Shown here piece by piece: positions 1 through 9,568 of a stretch of DNA of 44,879 nt. The position numbers and the translations under genes are program-made. Where the stretch lies: IMG/VR virus record IMGVR_UViG_3300042879_003901, positions 1-44,879 of that record; one strand, written 5' to 3'. The stretch is from a virus (taxonomy: Duplodnaviria > Caudoviricetes). Each line of letters opens with the position of its first letter. Within the stretch, counting starts at the first letter, position 1. The notes below the pieces were generated by a model. That model was given only the letters and a program-made list of their open reading frames with translations. It did not search any database and was not told the origin of the DNA.

Positions 1-259
1 CGCCGCCCCCTAAGTTGTAGCGGGTGATGTAGCTGTCGCCCCCCAGCCCCGCGTTGATGCCGTTGTTGGAACCGCCCACCAGGGGCGTGTAGGCCAGCGC
101 GTCCCCAACGTAGGGGTTGAACTTCGGCGTGCCTGCGGCCATCGACAAGTCGAGCCAGAAGCCCGATGCGGTGGTCACCGGGCTCGCGGTCTTGTGCCAA
201 TGCTGGCGCCAGACCTTGTTGCTGTCCCAGCTGTCGGCCAGGCTGCTACTGGTTGACAT
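1..259 (-). CDS. Putative virion/tail-associated protein, partial (runs off the left edge)
   Basis: ATG at 259 opens MSTSSSLADSWDSNKVWRQHWHKTASP...; no stop before the window edge; lies in the structural operon; translated by hand. Confidence 0.55.
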   Translation of the reverse strand, partial: MSTSSSLADSWDSNKVWRQHWHKTASPVTTASGFWLDLSMAAGTPKFNPYVGDALAYTPLVGGSNNGINAGLGGDSYITRYNLGGG

Positions 260-425
260 TGACCGCCCTCGCCGCCTCGGGGGTTGCCACCACCTGCGCG
301 GCCAGGTGCTCGCACGTTCGGAAGAACCGCCCGTTGTAAGCAATCACGGGCTCGTTGCACTCCGAGCACCGGAACAGCGGCGCCTGCATCTGCGCGTCCG
401 CTGCCTGCTGGGCCGCCGGGATCAT
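246..425 (-). CDS. Small hypothetical protein (59 aa, CxxC...CxH)
   Basis: Hand translation MIPAAQQAADAQMQAPLFRCSECNEPVIAYNGRFFRTCEHL...; TGATG overlap with the upstream gene. Confidence 0.55.
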   Translation of the reverse strand: MIPAAQQAADAQMQAPLFRCSECNEPVIAYNGRFFRTCEHLAAQVVATPEAARAVNVNQ

Positions 426-865
426 CAGTCCACCGTGGCGGTCAGTGCACCGGCTGCGAACTGCGGCTGGATGCCATTGGAGATGGACAGGCTGCTGTTC
501 AGCGCGCCCTTGAGCAGCAGGTTGCCGGCGCCGGTGCTGTCTGTGCCAATGCCGAAGTGCGTGGCCGTGGCGGTGCCGCCCGTGGCCTGGGGGAACTGCA
601 CCAGGGCGGTGTTGGCGATGGTGCTGACCGTTCGCGTCCAGCCGCCTGCCGTGCGGTTCACAGCCACCCGGGCGTAGCCGGTATAGCTCACCTCGTTGGT
701 GCTTTGGTCGCCCGCCTCACCAGGGTCAGCCGTGTGCAGCGAGATGTAGAACGAACCCGCCGTGGCGCTGTTCTGTAGGCCCGCAGCATCCCCAATGTTG
801 GCCCAATCGACGTTCAGAAACAGCAGGTCAAGAAGTGCCGCTTCGGCGGCGTTGGTCATGGACAT
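425..865 (-). CDS. Phage virion structural protein (tail-fibre-associated type)
   Basis: YISLHTADPGEAG...EVSYTGYARVAV...FPQATGG motif is typical of small phage structural proteins; AGGA RBS upstream; downstream of portal. Confidence 0.7.
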   Translation of the reverse strand: MSMTNAAEAALLDLLFLNVDWANIGDAAGLQNSATAGSFYISLHTADPGEAGDQSTNEVSYTGYARVAVNRTAGGWTRTVSTIANTALVQFPQATGGTATATHFGIGTDSTGAGNLLLKGALNSSLSISNGIQPQFAAGALTATVD

Positions 866-882
866 GGTTCAGGTCCTTTCTC

Positions 883-1404
883 TTATCCGAGAAACTTTGT
901 GCGCAGCTGTTCGATGGCGCTCGTGAGCTGGTCGCGCTGCGCAATTAGCCCGGCAACCTCCGTCGTCTTTTCTTTCACCGAGGCTTGCAAGCCCTCCAAT
1001 CGGGCCTGCTCTTGCTGTGCTTCAGCGCGAATCTTTCCGGCCAAGGCTTGCGCGTCCTCCACAACCTTTGAGGCGGTGGCCGCTGCGGCCTCGGCTTGCT
1101 TGGCGGCCTCCGCCTGGGCCTGCGCCTTAGCTTCCGCCAGCAGCGTCTCCACTTCCTGCTTCGCCGTGGCACGTGCCTTCTTGGCCGCGGCTCGCTCCTC
1201 GGTCACCTGCTTCTTTGCCTCGGCCAGCTCAGCCAGCGCTTGATCCCGCTGCGCAGCAGCCTGGGCTCTCGCAGCTTCCGCCTCTTTAGCGGCCTGCTCA
1301 AACGAGCCCACCCGGTCCAGCGCTTCGGCTGTCTTGACAAACATCTCGTACTGCTTGGCCGCGCGCCGGATGGCGTCAGCCGCTTCGGTGTAGGTGTTGC
1401 TCAT
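883..1404 (-). CDS. Ala/Glu/Lys-rich coiled-coil protein
   Basis: Heptad-like composition; tightly packed in the operon. Confidence 0.65.
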   Translation of the reverse strand: MSNTYTEAADAIRRAAKQYEMFVKTAEALDRVGSFEQAAKEAEAARAQAAAQRDQALAELAEAKKQVTEERAAAKKARATAKQEVETLLAEAKAQAQAEAAKQAEAAAATASKVVEDAQALAGKIRAEAQQEQARLEGLQASVKEKTTEVAGLIAQRDQLTSAIEQLRTKFLG

Positions 1405-1406
1405 GG

Positions 1407-1763
1407 TCAGAAGACCTTTCTCATGCAAAGGGTGACAACAAGGTTGGTCGTGCCGTCACCCGCCGTGACGTTCGGCCGCACGTATCGAGGCAGCTCGAGC
1501 GCTTGCTCGATCTTGCTTGAAGTGAAGGTCAGCGCGTTGCCTTGCGGGTCGCTCAGCGCCGACCAGTTCGTGCCGTCGTTGCTGCCCTGCATCGTCACGC
1601 TGCCGCCCGTGCCGAACGTGCCCGTGACCTGGAAACACCGATCGGCAAAGTCGACCCAGTCGACGTACCCACCGTCGTCGCCGTTGAGCAGCCCCGTCCA
1701 CGTGGCCAGGCGCGTGCGCCCGGAAGGGGTGACATCGGTCATGCTAGGTTGTCTGGTTGCCAT
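1407..1763 (-). CDS. Putative virion structural protein (beta-rich)
   Basis: QVTGTFGTGGSVTMQGSNDGTNW...YVRP pattern; directly downstream of portal with GAGG RBS. Confidence 0.65.
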   Translation of the reverse strand: MATRQPSMTDVTPSGRTRLATWTGLLNGDDGGYVDWVDFADRCFQVTGTFGTGGSVTMQGSNDGTNWSALSDPQGNALTFTSSKIEQALELPRYVRPNVTAGDGTTNLVVTLCMRKVF

Positions 1764-1772
1764 GTCGTTTCC

Positions 1773-4091
1773 TCAGATTCCTTGCCCGTCGGGGCTGTCC
1801 TTCTCTTTGAACATCATCTCGCTGGCCGCGAGTTCCTTCTTCGTGCGGTCGTTCAGCGCCGTCTGCGCCAGCTGGGCCTTGACCTGCTGGATGCTGATCT
1901 GCTGCGTCTGAGCCATCTGCATCACCTGGAGGTCATGCTTGAGCTGCAGCTCCAGCATCCGCAGGCGCCTGTTCTCGACCTCGCTCTCGCTGCGGGCCTC
2001 GGTCTCTGCGGCCCGGCCAGCGGCTACCGCCTCGGCTTCCTTCATCCTGGCCTCGGCCGTGATGCGGGCCGCCTCAATGCGCGGATCCGGCGGCGGGGGC
2101 GGCTGGTTCGCCTGGCGTGCTTCGATCTGCTCGGGCGTCAACAGGATGTCGCGCGGGTCCAGGTGCTGGGCCTTGAGCGCCTTCTCGAACAGCTTGCGCG
2201 TGTCGATCATCGGCGCGTAGACCGGGTTCGCGCCCATCGCCAGCAGGTTGGTGAACGCCTGGTTCTGGATGTCGCGCACAATCAGCGCGGACGAGCCCCT
2301 GGCGTCCACAGCGAAGTCGCCCTTGATCTCGTCGCGCTCGCCGTACGCCATGTTGTAGTCGTAGTAGCGGCGGATGTGCGGCCGGGTCACGAAGTCATCG
2401 AACTGCTTGACCAGCCGGCGCAGCACCACGTTGGCGCTGTTCATCAGCAGCTGCATGCCTCCCACCGTCTCCGGCGCTGAGCCCTGCTGCCCCTGGGCCA
2501 TCATTGGTGTGGCGGTCTCTTGGTCGGCCAGCTTCTCAGCCAGGTCGATCACCGCCGCCAGCTCACCCTGGTGGTTGTTGAACTCCACCGACGCGAACAC
2601 CTTGTTGACGTCGATCGAGTCGTCCGTCAGATACCAGAACTTGCGCGGTGTCAGGGTCCACTGCCCGTCGGCCGGGGTCACCGCGCCGCGCTTGATGACG
2701 ATCTGCGGGCCGCTCGTGACCCCCATGTTGTCCATCATCATCCGCCACGCGGCGTTGGTCACCGACTGCTGCGCCCGCATGAGGTACGGGATCCCGTAGC
2801 CACGGGGCGTGCCGGTCACCTTCTCCCACGGGTAGAAGTCGTACGGGATCGGGTCGTCTTCCAGCGGGTTGAGGTAGGCGCGAACAACGACATCGTTGAT
2901 CATCTCGACACAGCCGCTGACGCTTGCGAGTTCGTCGCCCTCGTCATCCATGTCGACCTTGGCGGACTTCAGCTCTTCGCGGTTCAGCTCACCCCAGTAG
3001 ATCCAGTGCTGGAAGGTCTTGCCGTCGTCCCCGACCTCCTTCTCGCGCTCCGCGCGCTGCACCTCGTACAGCGCCGCGCTGCGCTTGGGTCCTTCCTGGA
3101 TCACCTTGCGCAGCTGGTCCTTGAGATAGCCAGGCTGCTTGGCCAGCTCGCGGACCTGGCGCTCGGTCAGGTCCTCCATCTCGAAGACACCCCGGCCGTT
3201 CTTCACGTTGTCCCCGCACGCTGGGTCTTCCCACACGCGCCGCGGGTCCACACGGAATGAGGCCGGCTTCAGCTCGTCAACGATCTCGAGGATCTGCACC
3301 TTCTCGGGCTGCCCGGTTTCCGGATTGACCGTGGTCTTCTCGCGCCAGGCCTTGCGCGTGCGGGCCGTGACCATCGGCCCCTTGATCACGCCCACGCCCA
3401 TCACCGCGGCGTCGTGCAGCATCTTGCGCACCTCGCCGTTGTAGTCGCACTCGATCAACTGGTCGTTGATCTCGTTCTCCATCGCCTCGGCCGCCTTGGC
3501 AGCGGTCTGCTGCACGGCCATGGCAATTTGCTTCTTCTTGGCCGGACGCCCAAATTGTGGGTCGTCGGTGACGTTGCCCTCCTCGTCGAACAGCACGGGC
3601 TGCCCGGTGGCCGGGTCGATCAGAGTCTCGTTGCTCTGCAGGGCCGTGGCACAGTCAGGGTCCGGCGTGGGTTGGATGCCCCAGTTGCGGTCGTCGGTCG
3701 GCAGCAGGATGTCCGCCAGCCGGGCCTCGGCAGAGTTTGCCTTCTGCCTGGTGATGCCCACGAACACCGTCGAACGCGTGGGCAGCGCCTCGCGTGTGGT
3801 GACCGGGTAGCCTTGGTAGACCGACTCCATCATGGACGCAGCCATGCGCGTAGCCGGGTCCTTGCCGTGGTACTGGTCCAGGTCCTGAGTGACGCGCTTG
3901 TCCCACCCCTGCGCTGCACGGGCGGTGATCCACTTGTCACGCGTGACTGCAAGAGACGAGCCGAACGCCTGCAGTCGCTCCTCGCGGGCGACTTCCTGCG
4001 CTACGTCGTCTTTTTCAGATGTTCGTTCTTGCATGTCACGTTTCATTGTTGGTGCCGGCTGTCCCCTCGCAGGCCGGCGCTGCGCCACCAT
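1773..4091 (-). CDS. Portal protein (podovirus type); start may be 4046 or 4034
   Basis: About 770 aa directly after TerL; HDAAVMGVGVIKGP, GYGIPYLMRAQQSVTNAAWRMMMDN and a C-terminal coiled coil resemble P22-like portals. Confidence 0.85.
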   Translation of the reverse strand: MVAQRRPARGQPAPTMKRDMQERTSEKDDVAQEVAREERLQAFGSSLAVTRDKWITARAAQGWDKRVTQDLDQYHGKDPATRMAASMMESVYQGYPVTTREALPTRSTVFVGITRQKANSAEARLADILLPTDDRNWGIQPTPDPDCATALQSNETLIDPATGQPVLFDEEGNVTDDPQFGRPAKKKQIAMAVQQTAAKAAEAMENEINDQLIECDYNGEVRKMLHDAAVMGVGVIKGPMVTARTRKAWREKTTVNPETGQPEKVQILEIVDELKPASFRVDPRRVWEDPACGDNVKNGRGVFEMEDLTERQVRELAKQPGYLKDQLRKVIQEGPKRSAALYEVQRAEREKEVGDDGKTFQHWIYWGELNREELKSAKVDMDDEGDELASVSGCVEMINDVVVRAYLNPLEDDPIPYDFYPWEKVTGTPRGYGIPYLMRAQQSVTNAAWRMMMDNMGVTSGPQIVIKRGAVTPADGQWTLTPRKFWYLTDDSIDVNKVFASVEFNNHQGELAAVIDLAEKLADQETATPMMAQGQQGSAPETVGGMQLLMNSANVVLRRLVKQFDDFVTRPHIRRYYDYNMAYGERDEIKGDFAVDARGSSALIVRDIQNQAFTNLLAMGANPVYAPMIDTRKLFEKALKAQHLDPRDILLTPEQIEARQANQPPPPPDPRIEAARITAEARMKEAEAVAAGRAAETEARSESEVENRRLRMLELQLKHDLQVMQMAQTQQISIQQVKAQLAQTALNDRTKKELAASEMMFKEKDSPDGQGI

Positions 4092-4126
4092 TCGTCCGAG
4101 AACTGGACGTCACCCCACCAGAGTGA

Positions 4127-6607
4127 TCACCACCCCACGGCCGGGTCAAAGACCTCGAACCGTGGTACGTTGGCCGCAAACAGCCGGTTCTGGTTCTTGA
4201 CCGGTTCCAGCTCGTGCAGGCTCTTGGCCTTGCGCAGCATCATCAAGGCGTAGCGGGTGGCCGACAGGATGTCGTCGTCCTCCTTGACGATGATCCCTTC
4301 CTTGCGGTGGTACAGACGGAACTCGCTGAACCAGTCCTCCAGGTGCGAGAACACCCGCAGCCGTCGTGTCTGCATCCGCTCCATCATCATCGAGACCCCA
4401 GCCTCAACGCTGTTGCCCCCGGGCTTGCCGTCCGGCCGGGGCTCGAACTGCGCCCGCTCGCTCAGCATGTTCATGCCGAACTTCTTGTACTGCTCCATCA
4501 GGATCTCGCCCGAGCCCTTGTCATGCTGCAGGCCGTCGTGCGGCCATGCCCACGGGATGTTCTGGTAGCCCTTGCCGATGACCATCCCGGCCTGGGTCAT
4601 GACCGGGGTTTCCTTCAGCTTCCAGGCGTCGTAGACGTACGCCGTGTCGGTGTCGCGGTCGTGCGCGATGCAGGCGAACGCAGACGGGTGGCCCCACCCG
4701 AAGTCCACCCCGTTGATGCGCGCCCAGTGCGGCGGGATCTCGAACGGCTGCACAGTGATCGCCGACTCGGCCACCGGGAACACCAGGCCGGAGCCCATGA
4801 TCGGAATGCCACGCGCCCGGGCCTCGCGCTCGTGCTCCGGGTACGTGGCGATGATCCGGGCCTTCTCCTCTTCGGTGTAGTGCTCGGCGTCTTCGATCGT
4901 CATGCGGGTGACGGTCGTGCCCTCGGGCTTCTCGAGCAGGAAGCGCTTGACCACCTGCGACATGCCCATCAGGGGCGTGAACGTCACGAAGACGATTCCA
5001 CCCGTTGCGTTGGTACGAGTGAGAGCTTCGCTGTAGATGTCAAGAGGCGGCTCCTCGTCCATCCACACCAGGTCGACTGTGTCTGCTTGCCACTTCGTGT
5101 TGTGCGTGACAATGAAGTCGTCCGTTACGTACAGGTGCGACTCGTGCGCCACCGCGATGCACACAGCCTCAGCCGGCTCAATCTTGCGAATCGAACGCAA
5201 GATGTGCCTGTGCGTTTCGCACGCAGGGCGCACACAGCGGTCGATCTTTCGCTGCAGCCTGAACGGGGCCGGCCCGGGCAGGCTGATGCTCAGCACGTGC
5301 AACGGTCGTTTCCGCCCGCTGGCGGTAACCCTGCACCGCACCTTGCCACCGAGTGAGCGCACCAGGAATGTAACGCCATCGGCGAGCGCCGGCGACGTGC
5401 TGGCGAAGCTGATGGTGCCTTTCTTGCTGACAGAGCCGTCGGTGTCCAGCAACCCTTGCAGCACGGCGAAGCGAACGTCTGGGGAGTTCCACAGGTACAA
5501 CTCCGGGACCGCCTTCTCGTGCGCCAACGTCTCCGCCATGCCGAGATCTTCAATGTGCTTCTTCAGAACCTGCGAATTGCTGAACCCGAACTGGATCTCG
5601 CCCCACTTCGCCAGGTCTGCCCCAACTTCCGCGGCCCCGGCGGCCACGTGACCGAGAATATCCTCGTCTGTCGACGTAAAGCGGATGCGCTGCGCTCGGA
5701 CACATCCGTCTCCGAGTAGAGCGCCAACCAGGTAAGGATCCAACGGAACAGGGCGCGCGGGAAACTGCACCACGCCCACGTTCGGCGTGGACACTTGCTT
5801 GTTCGACAAGACACGCTCACCCGCGTCACCGTAGCGTTCAATCAGATCCGCGGTCGTCACCACTTTCCATGCCCCGGCGGTGCGCTCGCCAACCTGCCAC
5901 AGGTGCTCCGCGCCGGCCAGGGTCTTGATACCACTGTCGAACGTCAGCTCGTACAGGTCCTTTACGCCGTGAGGGAACACGCCCTCGACCACTGTCACCG
6001 AGCCGTCGCCGGCAATCACTTCGTCGCCAGGTTTCAGCGCGCCAATCTGTCGCCACCCGGCGGGCGTGAGCACCAAACTGTCGACACGCTGCATCCGGCC
6101 CTGGTCGTAGCTGTTGAACTGGATGACCGACTCGCCGCCGTACTCGTTCTTGACCGTGATGCTGGCCAGGGCGTCAGGCACCCCCTGCTTCATGCTGTGG
6201 GTGCCGATGCACTCCTTCGGGATCGCACCGGTGCCCCACTCTTCACGCTTTTGCGGCGGGCCCACCAGCAGACGCTGCACGCCCTTGCGAGTCAGTTCGC
6301 CCGATTCGGAGCCGACCAGCACGCTGACCGGGCGGTGGAACCTGCGGCCCTTCCACCAGTCGGGGTAGCGGCCGGTGGCGTGCATGGCGATCTCGTAGGC
6401 ACCAGCCATAGTTTTTCCGAGCTGGTTGCCTGCCATAAATAACCGCTCGCGGAAGTCTTTGCCAACCTCGTGGAATTCCTTCTGCTTGACGTACGGCTTG
6501 TACGCCTCCAGCATGTTCTCGCGATGCCGGCGGTCGCGGATCGTGAGCAGCTCGAGCAGCTCGAGCTTCTCCTCCACCGAGAGCGACTGGAGCGCTTGGG
6601 TGTCCAT
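4127..6607 (-). CDS. terL: Terminase large subunit, intein-containing
   Basis: Walker A AGNQLGKT, Walker B LVWMDEEPP, coupling motif TFTP, nuclease GVDFGWGHP and DDILSATRYA; ATG at 6607 overlaps the upstream stop. Confidence 0.95.
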   Translation of the reverse strand: MDTQALQSLSVEEKLELLELLTIRDRRHRENMLEAYKPYVKQKEFHEVGKDFRERLFMAGNQLGKTMAGAYEIAMHATGRYPDWWKGRRFHRPVSVLVGSESGELTRKGVQRLLVGPPQKREEWGTGAIPKECIGTHSMKQGVPDALASITVKNEYGGESVIQFNSYDQGRMQRVDSLVLTPAGWRQIGALKPGDEVIAGDGSVTVVEGVFPHGVKDLYELTFDSGIKTLAGAEHLWQVGERTAGAWKVVTTADLIERYGDAGERVLSNKQVSTPNVGVVQFPARPVPLDPYLVGALLGDGCVRAQRIRFTSTDEDILGHVAAGAAEVGADLAKWGEIQFGFSNSQVLKKHIEDLGMAETLAHEKAVPELYLWNSPDVRFAVLQGLLDTDGSVSKKGTISFASTSPALADGVTFLVRSLGGKVRCRVTASGRKRPLHVLSISLPGPAPFRLQRKIDRCVRPACETHRHILRSIRKIEPAEAVCIAVAHESHLYVTDDFIVTHNTKWQADTVDLVWMDEEPPLDIYSEALTRTNATGGIVFVTFTPLMGMSQVVKRFLLEKPEGTTVTRMTIEDAEHYTEEEKARIIATYPEHEREARARGIPIMGSGLVFPVAESAITVQPFEIPPHWARINGVDFGWGHPSAFACIAHDRDTDTAYVYDAWKLKETPVMTQAGMVIGKGYQNIPWAWPHDGLQHDKGSGEILMEQYKKFGMNMLSERAQFEPRPDGKPGGNSVEAGVSMMMERMQTRRLRVFSHLEDWFSEFRLYHRKEGIIVKEDDDILSATRYALMMLRKAKSLHELEPVKNQNRLFAANVPRFEVFDPAVGW
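5099..6094 (-). mobile_element. Intein (332 aa) with LAGLIDADG homing endonuclease in TerL; class-3 signature
   Basis: Begins MQRVDSLVLTPAGW, ends YVTDDFIVTHN followed by Thr; LAGLIDADG-like motifs LVGALLGDG and LQGLLDTDG; removal restores SYDQGR-TKWQADTVDLVWMDEE. Confidence 0.92.
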
Positions 6608-6822
6608 CAGGTCGGAGTCCCGCAGACGGTTTTGTTGTCCCACTGCAGCACGACCACGCCGGGGCCGGCGACAAGCAGCTTCAGCACCGTCACGGCGCCT
6701 GACTTGTCACAGACATGGTCCAGCACCTCGATGCCCGCCTGCTGCGCCCGCAGAGCCAGGGGCACTGCGGCCCCAGCCAAAGCGATCAGGCAAATGGCAA
6801 CGGCAGCGGTAATGCGGGACAT
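6607..6822 (-). CDS. Small protein with N-terminal hydrophobic/signal segment
   Basis: 71 aa; hydrophobic N-terminus; stop overlaps the terL start. Confidence 0.6.
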   Translation of the reverse strand: MSRITAAVAICLIALAGAAVPLALRAQQAGIEVLDHVCDKSGAVTVLKLLVAGPGVVVLQWDNKTVCGTPT

Positions 6823-6832
6823 GGCCGACCTT

Positions 6833-7309
6833 TCAATCTCGAGGGACTATGGCCCGGGCCATCAGTGCCTGCAGCCGGCGGTCGATCTGGTCGTCCGTCA
6901 ACTCCGGGCCCTTGTTGACCACCTCGACCGACTTCAGCTTGGGGCGCGTGTACTGCGCCAGCTCCGTGAGCAGCTTGACCTTCGTGTCCATGTCGACCAC
7001 CGGCTTGAGAATCGGTTCCCCGTTCTCGTCCTTGAGGATCGACCCGTCACGTGCCCGGTGTGGCTCCTGCGTCGTGAGGACCTTGGCCAGCTCTTCGATT
7101 GGGTCCAGGCCGTACCCTTCGAGCACGTCGGAGACCGCCCGTAGGTTCAGCTTGCCCGAGCGGCTGGCCTTGCCGCCCTGCCCGTGGTGAATCTGCGACC
7201 TGGACTCCACCTCGTGGGCCGGGTCGTAGTTCCACATGGACGGCAGCGTCGGCGCTTCGCCGAGCGTGCCGCTCAGGCTGGCATTGCGTCTTGCGTGGTT
7301 CGCGTTCAC
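6833..7309 (-). CDS. Putative terminase small subunit
   Basis: Upstream of terL; GLDPIEELAK...LAQYTRPKLKSVE...LTDDQIDRRL pattern seen in TerS-like proteins; start uncertain. Confidence 0.6.
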   Translation of the reverse strand: MNANHARRNASLSGTLGEAPTLPSMWNYDPAHEVESRSQIHHGQGGKASRSGKLNLRAVSDVLEGYGLDPIEELAKVLTTQEPHRARDGSILKDENGEPILKPVVDMDTKVKLLTELAQYTRPKLKSVEVVNKGPELTDDQIDRRLQALMARAIVPRD

Positions 7310-7459
7310 GAAGTAACTCCCAGAACGCCCGCTGCGAGTGCCACCCCCATAGTGGATGGGACCCGCGCCGAGGGACCCAAAAGCGGGGGCATACGGGGGG
7401 TCGAATTCATGGCCACGGCGCGATCGAGACGGGGGGAGGGGGGTCGAAATCGCCCAGCG

Positions 7460-7672
7460 TCAGGCCTTGACCATGCCGCTGATCAGCGTGCCGTCGAACC
7501 CCTTGACCGACGAGCCGGGCTTGGACCCGACCACGCCATGGGCGGGGGCCTTGCCCAGCGTGGCCTTGCCCTCAGGGGACGAGACGATGCCGGGCTTGGC
7601 ACCACTGCCAAACCCTTCGGCGGCGGTGGCGGGGTTGCGGCTGGGAGGAGTTGCGTACTGTTGCGATGCCAT
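7460..7672 (-). CDS. Hypothetical protein
   Basis: 70 aa ORF with GAAGGA RBS, in the packaging operon orientation. Confidence 0.6.
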   Translation of the reverse strand: MASQQYATPPSRNPATAAEGFGSGAKPGIVSSPEGKATLGKAPAHGVVGSKPGSSVKGFDGTLISGMVKA

Positions 7673-7759
7673 GGCTGTTCCTTCAGTGTGACAAGACGGG
7701 GCGCGCTGCCCCTGGTTTCCCTCGTGGAGGGGTGAAAGGTTCGGTTCCTCGTCGAGGCA

Positions 7760-7990
7760 CTAGGCCAGCGACTGCATCGGGCCGCCGGGCTTCCGGTAAC
7801 CCTGGTCATCCCGGGCGGCCGCCTCCTGCTCCCAGGTCTCGGCAGGCTCGGCGCCCTCGCCCAGTTCGTCGCGCACCATCGCGAGGACCTCGTCCAGCGA
7901 CTGCAGCGCCACGGGCTGCTCGGCCCCTTGGGCCTCCACCGTGAAGGTGCCGTCCTCGTTGCGAGTGATGGTTATGCTCTGGCCGTCCAT
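7760..7990 (-). CDS. Hypothetical acidic protein
   Basis: 76 aa; first gene of the leftward operon. Confidence 0.6.
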   Translation of the reverse strand: MDGQSITITRNEDGTFTVEAQGAEQPVALQSLDEVLAMVRDELGEGAEPAETWEQEAAARDDQGYRKPGGPMQSLA

Positions 7991-8220
7991 TGAAATGCCC
8001 TATCGCCCGACGCGGGCCGATTGATTTTCGGGCCGGATACATCGCGTTGCAAATAGTCCACAGACCCAGGGGCCGGCTGGGGGCGCCTGATAGGGGAATT
8101 CGTTGTTATTGCAACGATTTCAATGCCTTGAGCGTTGCCATCGCAACGATTCCGGGGCCCGCAGTGCTGAACCGCGACTGGCAGGCAATCCACGCCGAGC
8201 AGCCCGGAAAGACCCCACAA

Positions 8221-8272
8221 GACAGTAGGACTTGCACGATTCCGCTTGCCATGTGACAGGCAGGCTGTCACA
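8221..8272. promoter_or_regulatory. Candidate operator pair upstream of the early operon
   Basis: GACAG-N5-CTTGC at 8221 and perfect inverted repeat TGTGACAG-gcagg-CTGTCACA at 8252-8272; related sites at 8810, 16997, 19509, 19552, 20336 and 20367. Confidence 0.5.
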
Positions 8273-8321
8273 GTCCGGTCCATCGCAGCACGGTGCTGCG
8301 AGTCAACCCGGAGTCAACACC

Positions 8322-8795
8322 ATGAACACGATCCCCTCCCTGACCCTGAACATCGGCCTTCGCATCGGTCGCAGCGCTCACCTGAACACCGTCACCCAAA
8401 CGGTGCAAGCCCTCGAGCGGGCCGGCTTCAACCTGCAGATGATGCGGGTCGACATGTCCAGCACCGAGCCCACCGTGGTGGTGCAGGTCGAGTCGGCCTC
8501 CACCTGGGGTGTCCACCGCCATCAGGCTGCCGCCCTGCACGGCGTGGCCGTGGTCCTCGGCCAGCAGGCCATCGCCGCGTTCGAGCCGAACCGGGGCCAC
8601 GGTGTCCTGGTGGGCCCGGAGGCCGCCGCCTGGGGTGAGTTCGACCCCACCGAGTTCATCGCCATCACCGGGCGCCGTCTGGTGCCCAAGGCCGCCGGGT
8701 CCTGGGGCTCTGGCGTGACCCGTGACCAGTCCGAGGACCGGGCGCAGCCGTACACGCTCGACCAGCTCGCCGCCCTGGGCGCCTCCCGCGCCTAA
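8322..8795 (+). CDS. Putative SAM lyase (T3 SAMase-like) early protein
   Basis: Motifs STEPTVVV and LGQQAIAA resemble T3 SAMase TEEKTVRV and EQDCVLV (recalled, not aligned); first gene of the early operon; clearly paralogous to the domain at 35777-36133. Confidence 0.5.
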   Translation: MNTIPSLTLNIGLRIGRSAHLNTVTQTVQALERAGFNLQMMRVDMSSTEPTVVVQVESASTWGVHRHQAAALHGVAVVLGQQAIAAFEPNRGHGVLVGPEAAAWGEFDPTEFIAITGRRLVPKAAGSWGSGVTRDQSEDRAQPYTLDQLAALGASRA

Positions 8796-8870
8796 GGGTT
8801 TGTCCTGATGACAGCCGGGCTGTCGCGCTGCACAGTCCGGCTCACCCCCTCACCACCTGGAGACCTCACC

Positions 8871-9128
8871 ATGAACGTGCCCACCGCCACCCTGAACCGT
8901 GCCGTGCCTGCCTCCCCCGTGCCGGCGGACGCCACCACCACGCTCCGCCTGACGCAGGCCGACGTGGACCTGCTGCGCAGCGCGCTGGACTCGCACCTGA
9001 CCCGGCTGATCGACGCCTGGGGGCGTGCCACCGACCGAGGCGGGCGTGCTGAGGCTGAGGCCCTGAACCGCCGCATGCACCAGCTGGACGCCCTCAACCA
9101 GACCCTGGCCGCCGCCACCTACCGCTGA
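8871..9128 (+). CDS. Hypothetical early protein
   Basis: ATG within the repeated GGAG RBS module; 85 aa. Confidence 0.7.
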   Translation: MNVPTATLNRAVPASPVPADATTTLRLTQADVDLLRSALDSHLTRLIDAWGRATDRGGRAEAEALNRRMHQLDALNQTLAAATYR

Positions 9129-9204
9129 CGCCAGCCCCTCGCCCCGCGTGCGGGGCCTGGGAGTGGCGCCGCCCCGGCATCACTTCAACCCTGGAGACCT
9201 CACC

Positions 9205-9333
9205 ATGGCCTATGTCGTTTTCAACCTGCGCACCCAGTGCGTTGTCCTTCGGGGGACGCTGGGCCAGTGCCTGTCCGCCGCCAATACCTGGGATCGGTAC
9301 AACCCGGGCTCGTTCCAAGTCCGCCCAGCCTAA
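9205..9333 (+). CDS. Small early protein (42 aa)
   Basis: MAYVVFNLRTQC...; preceded by the repeated RBS module. Confidence 0.65.
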   Translation: MAYVVFNLRTQCVVLRGTLGQCLSAANTWDRYNPGSFQVRPA

Positions 9334-9358
9334 CCAACTCAACCCTGGAGACCTCACC

Positions 9359-9568
9359 ATGACCTTCCTGCACCGTGCCCTCTGGGCCGCCTCCGCCCTG
9401 TCCCTCGTCGCCCTGGCCCTCGTCGGCTGGCAGGCCGCCACGTACCTCACCACCGGCCATGGGCTGCACCCTGCCCTGGCGGCAGGCCTGGGCCTGTGGA
9501 TTCTGGGCCTGGGCTGGGCCTGCGCGACCCTGGCCGACACGATCGCCGCACGGCATCACGTTGAATGA
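9359..9568 (+). CDS. Small membrane protein (two hydrophobic segments)
   Basis: MTFLHRALWAASALSLVALALVGW...; preceded by the repeated RBS module. Confidence 0.7.
   Translation: MTFLHRALWAASALSLVALALVGWQAATYLTTGHGLHPALAAGLGLWILGLGWACATLADTIAARHHVE

Larger units (their letters stand above)
8856..9361 (+). repeat. Repeated translation-initiation module CCTGGAGACCTCACCATG (8856-8873, 9190-9207, 9344-9361)
   Basis: Three exact 18-bp copies, two extending to 23 bp; looser copies precede the genes at 8322 and 9666. Confidence 0.9.

Noticed and set aside
8856-9361. CRISPR-like mini-array from the 18-23 bp repeats
   Set aside because: Spacing is irregular, the intervening DNA is whole genes, and each repeat ends in RBS plus ATG.
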